A stretch of 64,000 nucleotides of DNA. It comes from Azolla caroliniana (lineage: Eukaryota > Plantae > Polypodiophyta). Shown here one piece after another: positions 51,531-62,600 of this stretch. The first letter of the stretch is position 1; each line of letters starts with the position of its first letter. Location of the stretch: positions 17,732,001-17,796,000 of the forward strand of contig JBHGNT010000018.1 in the NCBI GenBank assembly GCA_043228905.1, given 5' to 3'. Under the pieces are notes generated by a model. That model searched no databases. It was not told where the DNA came from and saw nothing but the letters and a program-made list of their open reading frames with translations. A program made the translations under genes and the position numbers.

Positions 51531-53165
51531 CTTGTGTAGGATCTATGTATCGATGGAGTTAACTCCTCGATGTCGTTTGCGGAGTTGAGACCGGCGTATA
51601 CCCTTTTGATGGTGAATCGGGCAAAGATGGTTGTCGGACACCTCCGAGCCTCACACTCACTTAACGCTTAATAGATGATTAAACACGATATCTCTCTCAC
51701 TCTCACAAGCTCACTCTCATAGACAATAAGAGTAATGAATATGTTATTAACCCTCTTTGCTAAGAGGTCTAGCACCAACAAGGAAGAGAGATTAGTGTTC
51801 TCTAACTAAACACTTCAGTAATCTCTCTTAAGCTTAAAGGTTACAAGAAGGAGGAGAGGAAGTTCTAGCTGTTAATCAATAGGGAGATCTTTACAAATGG
51901 AAGAACCCTTACAAAGCCACCACCATGTGGTTTATATAGCATTTACATTTAGGGTATGGACCTTTCACACTTGGATGTCTCTTAGCCCTCTTTCCGCTTG
52001 CCATTCCCTCTTCGTAGGTCCTTTAGCTATACTATGGCCTTGTTGATGTGCTCTTCTTCATTACCAGTCGTGGTGCACTCCAAGCGCTTAACATCCCCCC
52101 CGACCTAATGAGTGCACACTCCCGGGTGCATTGTGGGAGGGGAGCTTCGGGCGTCGAGGCTGGTCGGTGGCGAGTTCGTGGGCTCATTGGACCTGTTGAG
52201 GATCATGTGTCAACTTGAGGAACTCACCAGTGATACGGTTGATGGCGTCGATGGCGGCAGTGTTACCGATCTAGGCGATGGCGCTACAACGATCGTGGAG
52301 GTGAGAGGGAATTTCGGTGAAACACCAACCCTCGCGTCCGGCATACTCGGAGTAGGTGGCAGAGATGATGTTGGAGACGACGCTAGGGGCTTTCGTGGTG
52401 CGGAAGGGGATGTCATCCACCAACAAATGTAGCATAGTGCAAACGTCGGCGATGTTGAACTGGAACTCAACAAGGGTAGCATCCACGAAGGTGTGCATGT
52501 AAACATGGCCGTAATCGGGGTTGTATCCTGTGAGGAACCGACTGACCAGCTCGGGAAGTACACCCCAAAGGCCAATCCTGAGGAAGAACGTGAGGCCTGG
52601 TAGGTACAACGGGTGTTGTTGAACTCGGGTTGAATTACCAGGACTCGCGCGGAGTGTCATGATATGGCAAGACTTGAACCCATGACCTTAGGTTATATGG
52701 GTCGAGCTCTTGACCATTAGACCATCTATTGTAATATGTAGGATATTATTTTCATTTACATTTTATTATAGGAAATTAGTGTATATTCCAGATTTCTCTG
52801 GAACATTCTAGAAGCTTCAGGATTACTCCTGAAAACACTATAAAAGAGGGCACTAGGCATTATGTTGAACCAAATTGGTTCAACACCAGTCTTAAGCCTT
52901 TTAGCCACCATTGTATATTCTCTTCATATAATACATATCTTTCTTATCATCTCTCTCTCTCTCTCTCTCGATCTCTCTCTTTCTCTCCGTCTCGCTCACT
53001 CCTTCCTTCTCTTGAAGAAGTTCTACACCTCTCATAGTACTAATCCTTCGTTTAGTACTAATTCCTTCTCTGTCTCAGTATTGTTCCTGACAGTTTGAAC
53101 CAATTTCCCTACCTTCTATCTCTCTCATTTCCTACTAATCTCTTATTCCTCTTTTCTTTCATCCC

Positions 53166-54317
53166 ATGGTCACTGTTAGCGCTGAAGAATATCAATCTAT
53201 TTTCTCGGAATTTCAATGCTTGAAAGAGAAGTTCCATGCTTTGGAACAAGAAAACCAACGGCTGTTGGGGGATCTTCAGCAAATCTCCTTAGAAAAGCAG
53301 CAAACGCAACAACAGCATGGGGAACTCGCGCTACGCGTGCAACAACTCGAAGCAACCATCATAGCGATGCAACAACAAGGGCCCGGAACACAAGGGATTC
53401 ATAAAGAACCCAAGATTGACCTTCCCACGAAGTTCGATGGAACGCGATCGCAGTTTAGAGGGTTCCTTAACCAGGTACGATTAGTTATCCAAATGCATCC
53501 TTCCCGATATCCCACCGATGCATCACTAGTGGGTTTAGTAGGCACTTTGTTAAGTGGCCCAGCGTTGTCATGGTTCGCTCCACTATTAAAAAAGGAATCT
53601 CCGTTACTCAACAATTTTGAAGAGTTTCTAGGTGAGTTTAAAGCATGTTTCGGAGATACTGACAGCATCAGGACCGCAATCAACAAAATTCGGCGATTAC
53701 GCCAAGGTGACCGTCCAGCCTCCGCATACGCTGCAGATTTTCGCCTACTCGCCGCCGATATCCCTTGGGATGATCAAGCGTTGATGGAGCAATTCCGTTA
53801 TGGTTTACGCAACGACGTCAAGGATTTACTCTTGACCTTCCCCGAAGATCCAAAGTCCTTAACAGAAGCAATCAGTCGCGCGGTGAGATGTGACAACCGC
53901 CTCTTTGAGCGACGTTCGGAAAGACAGCTACAGATGCTGAGGCCAAGATCAGAACCCACCTACGCCTCAGTGGTAGCAAGACCTTTTCCGAGGGAGTCAT
54001 ATAATGCGCCTCCAGCGAATACTCCGACTCCGATGGAGATTGACACTACACATCGTCGAGGGCCATTATCTGAAGAAGAAAAGCAGCGACGCCGTACAAA
54101 TCGACTATGTCTATACTGCAGTGGACCAGGACATATCGCAATAAATTGCCCCCATAGGCCTCGAAGACAGGTAAACCAAATAATCACTAGTTCTAATTGT
54201 ACTAAACCCGAGCCTATTTCAGTAGGGATATCTGATAGTCCTAATAGTACTAATAGCCCAAATCTAGCGAGCAAATTTGATGTCCTTAGTTAGTTAGAAG
54301 AAGAGTTAAACGACTAA
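53166..54317 (+). CDS. gag: gag of copy F (premature TAG at 54291-54293; family stop at 54317)
   Basis: Coiled coil, capsid-like region and CLYCSGPGHIAINC knuckle. Confidence 0.9.
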
Positions 54318-57300
54318 GTCCAGCCAAAATAGGAGCCGTTTGGTTGGACAGCCCTAGATCTGTGCAGCCCATTAGTGGTTCCATTCCCTCTAAGCAAGTT
54401 AGCGATGTGTTCGTAGCCCAAGTAATAGTTAGTACTAAAAGTAACCCTCCAGTACATGTCTTAGCACTCCTAGATTCCGGAGCTAACTCTTGCTTTATGG
54501 ATAAGAAATTTTCTCAAGCTCATAAGATATCCCTAAGAAAACTCCAGTGTCCAGCCTCTGTAGTAGTCATTGACGGACGTCCCATTGCTTCCGGAAATAT
54601 CATAGAAGAGTCAGAGCCCATTAATATTGTCCTAGATAACTTAGCATGTGTAGTATCATTTAATATTATTAGTATCCCAGAACATCCTATAGTTTTAGGA
54701 TTACCGTGGTTCGAGTTACATAACCCAGACATAGATTGGAGAACAAGAGAAATCCGGTGTCGACAAACCCAAGGGTCAACTCAGAAGATGGCAACCATTT
54801 CGCTACGTTAGTTGCGTAACGAAGGGCGCGAGGAGGAAATGTTCCTCTTTGCAATATCAGTAAACCCCTCCAGCACCACTAAAGAAGAATCCACCGTTCA
54901 ACTTCCCGAGAAGTATTGTCATTACGCCGATGTGTTTGATAAAGTACAAGCCAACACACTTCCTCATCATCGACCGTACAATTGCCCCATCGATTTACAA
55001 CCGGGAAAAGAGCCGCCATGGGGACCAATCTACAATTTGTCACCAACCGAGCTGGAAGTCCTTCAGGCCTATATCGAGGAGAATTTGGAAAATGGTTTCA
55101 TTCGACATTCGAAATCTCCAGCCGGCGCGCCCATTTTCTTCGTCAAGAAAAAAGATGGATCGCTTCGTCTCATTGTAGATTACCGTGGCTTGAATAAGGT
55201 TACAATCAGGAATAGGTATGCTCTTCCCCTTATCTCAAGTCTTTTAGAACGGATCAATGGTGCCAGGTTCTTCACAAAGATCGACTTACGGGGAGCATAT
55301 AACCTTGTACGGATCCGACCAGGAGACGAATGGAAGACCGTGTTTCACACCAGATATGGGCACTTCGAGTATACGGTCATGCCGTTCGGCCTCACTAATG
55401 CGCCGGCAGTCTTCCAGCACATGGCTAATGATATATTCCGAGATCTATTGGATGATTGTTTGATCATCTATTTGGATGATCTAATGGTTTATTCAAAGAC
55501 CCAAGAAGAACATGATTCTCATGTACTATTAGTACTAAAACGACTTCAAGAACATGGTCTGTATGCAAAGCTGGAAAAATGTAGTTTCGGGTGCAACCAA
55601 GTGGAATTTCTCGGCTACATCATTTCGTTAGAAGGCATCTCCATGGACCCAGCTAGGGTCAAAACGGTGGTAGAATGGCAGACTCCGCGTTCGGTGCGGG
55701 ATGTGCAATGCTTCCTAGGCTTTGCCAATTTTTACCGGAAGTTCATACAAGATTACTCAAAGATCGTTCTACCTCTCACACAACTTACCAGGAAGGGACA
55801 ACCGTTCATCTGGTCTGAAGAAACGGACATGGCTTTCGAGAGTCTTAAAAAGGCATTTACATCGACTCCAATTCTAGCTCATGTTGATCCGGAAAAAGCA
55901 TTCATTATCGAAGCTGACGCATCGGATTTTGCATTCGGGAGCATTCTGTCACAACAGGGGAATGATGAGAAGCTACATCCTGTGGCTTTTCACTCACACA
56001 AGTTTGACGCCGCCGAAATTAACTACGAAATTCATGATAAGGAGCTATTGGCAATAGTGGATTCTTTTATGCAATGGAGGCATTTTCTGGAGGGATCCTC
56101 TCATCCAGTCACCGTATTTAGTGATCACAAGAATCTTGCCTACTTTCAAGATGCTCGTGTGTTGAATCGACGTCAAGCTCGGTGGGTCCACTTCCTCGCG
56201 CATTTCGACTTCAAAACTACATATTGTCCCGAGAAGCACCAAGGGAAGGCAGATGCATTATCACGACGTTCGTATCTAGCACCCCATCCCGGCGAGCCAG
56301 CTTTCGATAACCAAAAACAAGTCATCTTGGGACCGGCACGACTACAAGCAACACAGATCTTTGACATGCCCATGGATTCCCGCGTTATCGATACCATACA
56401 TGAAGACTTGAAGATAGATGCGTTCGCCCAAGCTATACTAGCACAAATTGATCCCTCTCGAGCGTCGTGTTCACAGTCGCAACCACCAGGTACGGACTAT
56501 TGGCAATTCAAATACCAAAATGGATTACTCTTCTTTAAAGAACTTTTGTATGTTCCTAATGGTTCTTGCCGCCTTCGAGTAGCTCAAAACTGCCATGACA
56601 CATATACAGCTGGGCATTTTGGTAGTACTAAAACATTACATTTAGTACAACGATCATTCTGGTGGCCCTGTATGTGACAATTTGTCGAGGATTTTGTTCA
56701 GACTTGTGATACATGTTGCAGAGCGAAAATGCCAAGGCATCATCCATATGGTTTATTAGAACCATTACCAATTCCAAGCAAGCAGTGGCAATCCATTGCT
56801 CTCGACTTCATCACAGATCTTCCAGTCTCTAAGGGGTTCAATGCGATTCTAACGGTGGTCGATCGATACACGAAGATGGCTCATTTCTTGCCATGTACTA
56901 AGGAGATCTCCAGTGAAGACACTGCCGAAATTGTCATGCGTGAAGTATGTCGGCATCATGAACTTCCCGATAGTATCATCAGCGACCGTGGACCCCAGTT
57001 CGTGTCAAAATTCTGGAAGCACCTTTTTAACATGCTCAAGGTCTCTTGTAACCTCTCCTCCGGCTACCACCCACAAACCGACGGCCAAGCTGAACGAACA
57101 AATCAAACGCTGGAGCAGTATCTACGGTGCTTTCTCAGTTATCATCAGGACGACTGGGCAGATATTCTCCACTTCGCCGAATTTGCCTATAACAATTCTA
57201 TCGACGCATCCACTAAAGTTACGCCATTTTATGCTTATACAGGATGTCACCCCCGGTGGAGTGTACTTGAAACCCCAGAGGTGTCCACAAATCCGTGCGC

Positions 57301-57901
57301 GGAGGATCGTTTGGAGCGGTTACGCAAGATACAAGCGGATTTATCTACTCATCTCCAGCAAGCTCAACAAACACACAAGGTCTACGCGGATCGTCATTAA
57401 CTTCCATCCAGTTTTAATATTGGAGATCGGGTGTGGCTGCTACGACGACACATCAAGACTACTCGCCCATGTGAGAAGTTGGATTATCGGTGATTAGGTC
57501 CTTTCCGTATTATTGGACAGATTAATGATGTCGCTTTTCGTCTCGATCGACCTCCTCAACTTCGGATACATCCGGTGTTTCATAGTTCTCTCCTCGAACC
57601 CTACCACGAGAGCACCATCCCAGGACGTCTTATCCAACCTCCACCCCCGATCGAGCTTGAAGATGGGCCGGAGTACGAGGTTGCGGCCAACCTTGATTCC
57701 AAGATTGTTCGCAACAAGCTCTACTATCTAGTCGATTGGCTAGGCTATAGTCCCAGCGAACGTACTTGGGAACCGATCGAGAATGTGACCAATGCTCGTG
57801 CTCTTCTTGAAGACTTCCATCGTCAATATCCACACAAACTGGGTCCTCAATCCAAGACGACTCATGACACTCGTCGTTTTAAAGGGGGGATAGTGTCATG
57901 A
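54305..57901 (+). pseudogene. pol: pol of copy F: PR-RT-RNaseH-INT-chromodomain, in the -1 frame, with several stops
   Basis: LLDSGAN, YLDDL, IEADASD, ISDRGPQF, and chromodomain EYEV..YYLVDWLGYSPSERTWEP. Confidence 0.95.
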
Positions 57902-58629
57902 TATGGCAAGACTCGAACCCATGACCTTAGGTTATATGGGTCGAGCTCTTGACCATTAGACCATCTATTGTAATACATAGGATATTATTTTCATTTATAT
58001 TTTATTATAGGAAATTAGTGTATATTCCAGATTTCTCTGGAACATTCTAGAAGCTTCAGGATTACTCCTGAAAACACTATAAAAGAGGGAATTAGGCATT
58101 ATGTTGAACCAAATTGGTTCAACACCAGTCTTAAGCCTTTTAGCCACCATTGTATATTCTCTTCATATAATACATATCTTTCTTATCATCACTCTCTCTC
58201 TCTCTCTCGATCTCTCTCTTTCTCTCCGTCTCGCTCACTCCTTCCTTCTCTCGAAGAAGTTCTACACCTCTCATAGTACTAATCCTTCGTTTAGTACTAA
58301 TTCCTTCTCTATCTCAGTATTGTTCCTGACACGGAGGAGCTTGGTGAATTGGGTGGACGCCATCAATTATAACCTGCCAGGACAAAGGTTAGTAGTGTAC
58401 CCATTCTTGCGTGTCTTGACCCTTGTCTACCTCAAATTGTTCTTTTTCTTCTTCTTCTTCTTTTAGCTTTTTTTTTTGTTTTTTTATTTTTTTATTTTTT
58501 TATTTTTTTATTTTTTTATTTCAAAATTTTTTAAAATATTTTTTTTATATTGTTGACCACGATATTGTATGGACCTAATGACATGAACAGTTTATTCATG
58601 GGATGGGGGGTTTGGAGGAGTTAAGTGGG

Positions 58630-58822
58630 TAGGGGTTCAAGGAGAACCTCTCCTCGAACTGGTGGGTAGGGGTTCGAGGAGTTAGTCTCCTCGAACCGGG
58701 GGTAGCGGGTTCAAGGAGTAAGGGTGTGGAGAACTAGTGAGGGGTTTGAGGAGGAAGGGGTTTGAAGAGTTAGTCTCCTCGAACCGGGATTAGGGGGTTC
58801 GAAGAGAACCTCTCTTTGAACC
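58630..58822. repeat. Array of four 11-bp-stem hairpins
   Basis: GGTTCGAGGAG-(TTAGT or AACCT)-CTCCTCGAACC and variants. Confidence 0.85.
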
Positions 58823-59379
58823 GGTGGGTGCGGGGGGTGGGTCGTTCGAGTGTTGTCTGAGGGTCTTTGTATATTTTTAAGGACCCAGACCTATGACGTC
58901 TTTGTCAAAGGGATGAGGGGGGCTTGTGGAGTACTTTTATGGGGCGCTCAGCCCCCTAGCTGTTTAGTCTTGTCGATTTCTATGGCCTTAACCTGGGCGG
59001 GGTATTTGACTGATGTGCGCAATTGTCGGGTGTCCCATGTAGTCATGGTGTGGTCGCGGGTGGGGAGCCGGCTTCGTTTGGGACCCAGAAGCTAGGGACG
59101 CCTTTGTGCCAACCTTGGGTAGTTGTGAGTGCTTTTCTAACTGGCCAAATAGCACGTTCTCCACGGCGTGGTCCTTCTGCGAAAACCGTGTGGATGTTCA
59201 CCCATTTGCGTGGTGTGGGTGTCTTTGTTCTAATGCTAGCGGCGTTCTAGTCATAGATGGCCGGTGGGTGTTGGCATTCTGTTTGGTTGGGCGGTTTCAC
59301 GCTTTGGGGTTCATCGAGGTCAATGGGACGTGATTCGAGTGTTGTTGCAACGAGGTTCTTGGACCTCACCCCATTTTTC

Positions 59380-59676
59380 GTTTGGAAGGAGACGATGTTC
59401 TTGCTTGGCTACAAGAGGCATTCTCTTATGTGACACCAATCTAAACCGAGGAGGCACTATGTGTACATCACTTCGGGTGGGACTACCCGAACTCGGATTG
59501 AGTGGTCGTTGTATTCTGTCTTGATGTTACACATGAAGGTTCCAAGGCAGCATGATGTGGAACCATCGAAGCCACGAAAGTTGTCATTGCATACTTCGAG
59601 GTTTGGGCGACCTAGACGTCCCCATGTCGATTATCGCCGTTAAAGGTATGCCGTCGGCGAAGCATGGTAGTTGCAT
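59380..59676 (-). pseudogene. Second retropepsin-like domain downstream of the G integrase
   Basis: MQLPCFADGIPLTAIIDMGTSRS, then after a frameshift RPNLEVCNDNFRGFDGSTSCCLGTF..VRVVPPEVMYT*CLLGLDWC. Confidence 0.78.
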
Positions 59677-62600
59677 TGTCCCCTCATTAGAGTTGACCAC
59701 CTTAGCCATGGCTTCCGGCTGGGTGTCCCCTTGTCGTTTCAATCTCGCTTGCACATTGCGAAGGTCGGTTTCGAGTTGGGCCATTTGGCCTTCGGATGCC
59801 TTAAGTTTGGCTTCCACTTCTCGTTGCCAAGCCATGAGTAGAGCTTCGAGGGTGAGGGGTCTGTAGTAATGTTTGAGCTTGCTCCTGTTGATGAATCTGT
59901 TGATGTCGAGGCCCTCGAGCGCGCGTATTCGACATGCTCCCCTCTTGGTAATCTTTGAGACCACATATGGGCCTTCACCACGTAATTTAAGCTTCTTTCT
60001 GTGCCGTTGAGAGGCAAATTTGAGAGCCATGTCTCCTTCAGCGAGATCTTTATCTCTTACTTTGTTGTCGTGCCACGCCTTTCTATTGGCTTTCTTTGCC
60101 AAGAGTGCTTGGAATGCGAGAAGGCGAGTTTCGGTCAGTCGTTCTAGGTTCTCTAGGCGTGATAGGAGGGGGTCCCCATCCCATCGTTCTTGTACAACTA
60201 TCCAGAGGCTAGGGACAATACCACTTCTTGTCCATATACTAGTTTAAATGGCGTGTGGCGAGTTGCGACTTTGTAGGAAGTGCGGAAAGCCCATAATGCC
60301 GCTTGGAGTTTGGTGCTCCAATTAGACCGTGAGGCGGCGATTATCTTTGTGAGCACTGCACATAACACCTTATTCGTGCTTTCTACTTGTCTGTTGCATC
60401 GAGGGTAATAAGGGGAACTCTTGCTGTGTGTCACCATAAATTCGCCTAGTAGATGTGATATCACTTCGTTGAGGAAATGGGAGCCTTGATCGCTAATGAT
60501 CTCAAGCGGACATCCAAACCGTGATATGATGTTTTCGTATAGGAATTTGGCGGTGCTACGTGCGTTGGCATTAACGCAAGCTTTAGGTTCTACCCACTTG
60601 GTAGCGTAGTCAGTGGTAGTTATTATGTATCGATTGAGGTTGGAAGCTCGGCTGATTGGACCAATAAAATTGATACCCCATTTCTCGAACGGTTGTCATG
60701 CCACCACTAGGTTTAATGTGTTGAAATCCGCTTTTGGCGGATGTTTGAAATGTTGGCACTCATCACATCGGCTTACATACTCATATGTGTCTTTAAAAGA
60801 GTGTTGGCACCATAGGCCGGACTGGAGGATCTTGCGTGCGGTGACCTCGTGATTGAAATGACCGCTTCCACATCCGCAATGAGCTTGTTCGAGGACGGTG
60901 ACGACGTCATGGTCTGTTACACACCTCCGAAGTACATCATCGTTACCTCTTCAGTACAAGTTGTCTCTGAGTATCGTGAAGGGGCCACATTTCCTTAACC
61001 GACGTGAACGATGTTTGATGCCCATGCTGGTATGGTGTCGATCGTGAATAATGTTGCATATAGTGCTTCATCGTCGACCCTAGTGGCTTCTTCTCCATTT
61101 GGTATTCGGGAGAAATGATCGGCGAGTACATGGTATTTTCCTTTTCTCACCACCACCTTGAAGTCGAACTCTAGTAACGTTACAATCCATCATGATATGT
61201 GCGTCCTGTGGCGTGTGTTTTGTTTACCAAGTAGAGGAGGGCTTGATGATCTACAAAAAACGAGAAACGTGACGCCAAGAGGTAATGGCGGAATTTTTTT
61301 ACGTTGTAAACCATGGCCAAAGCTTCTCATTCCATCGTGGAGTAATTTCGTTCCGCGACATTCAGTTGACGACTAGCGAAGGTGATCGGTAGGTCGAGTG
61401 CCCCTTCACTGGGTTGAGCTAGCACTGTACCAATCGCGAAGGCAGAAGTGTCGGTGTGAACATGGAATTCTTTGGTCCAGTCTGGGAATCAGAGGATGGG
61501 GGCCTTAGTTAGGCACTCTTTCAAGATCTTGAACGAGTGTGTGCACTCTTCTGTCCAAGTGTACTGCTTTAGTAGGGCGTAGAGTGGTCTGGCCTTGTCT
61601 GCGAACATCTTAATGAAGCGTCTATAGTAACCTGCATATCCCATGAACCCTTTTAGTTGTTTCTCGTTGGCACGAGGTGGCATGTCTAGGATGAGTTTTA
61701 CTTTTGCCTCATCGGTCGAGATCCCATGTCGGGACACAACATGGCCTAATATTAATCCATGCTTGACCCAGAACTGACACTTGAGTGGGTTGAGGGAGAG
61801 TTGATAGGCCCTGCATTTTTCGAACGTCAAGTGGAGTAGCGCCAGATGGTCATGCCATTTCGAATGGCAACATAAATCGTCGACATAGGACTCCACCCCT
61901 TGTCGTAACCTTGCCGTGAAGATATGGTATGCCGCCTTTTGATAGGTGCTCAAGGCACTTTTCAGTCCGAAAGGCATCTGCTTATACACGAACATACCAA
62001 ATTCAGTGGCGAAGGCCGTCTTGTGTTGATCCTCAGGCACCACCGATATTTGGTTGTACCCCGAGAACCCATCAATGAAGCTATAAGCTTTCGCTCCCGC
62101 GATTCTTTTGAGTAAATGTTCGATGTAGAGTATCGGGTAGTTGTCCTTGATGGTGGCTTCGTTGACTTGGCGGTAGTCGACACATATGCGGATTTGGCCG
62201 TTTTTCTTCGGGACGACTACGATCGGGGAGACCCAAGTGGTTCGTTTGATCAGGTAGATGATGCCTACGTCTAACATTTTGTTGATTTCAGCTTTTACTT
62301 GTTGGGCGTAGTTAGGGTTCATTGGGCGCGGCCTTTGTCAGATTGAGCGGGTGTCGGCTCGCATGGGGATACTATGGGTGACGACCTCAGCCGAACCCCT
62401 TTCATATCTACGTACGACCATGCGAACACGTCGCTAAAATCCGGGAGGGGGGTGATCAAGGACGTCTCCTCGTCCGACTGGAGATCTGTGGCTATGAACA
62501 TTGGTTTGGAGTCCATCCCCTTCCCAAGGTTGATTTCTTTAACCCTCGCCGGTCCGTCGCATACCTCACCTAGGCTTTGAGGGGTGCGTTATGGTCTCTT

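Larger units (their letters stand above)
52655..58331 (+). mobile_element. Complete Tcn1-like chromovirus copy F
   Basis: 438-bp LTRs 52655-53092 and 57894-58331, TSD CGGAG, PPT 57881-57893. Confidence 0.97.
52088..58363 (-). pseudogene. Extra 3' ORF of element G (about 200 aa), split by copy F (58363-58332 joined to 52649-52088)
   Basis: Removing F and one TSD copy gives MASTQFTKLLRASPGNSTRVQQ..VLPELVSRFLTGYNP.., open to the LTR apart from two stops. Confidence 0.7.

Noticed and set aside
52660-52730. Functional tRNA gene (also 3205-3270, 28920-29135, 37820-37885)
   Set aside because: A and B boxes are present, but the acceptor and anticodon stems do not pair and the modules are parts of LTRs.
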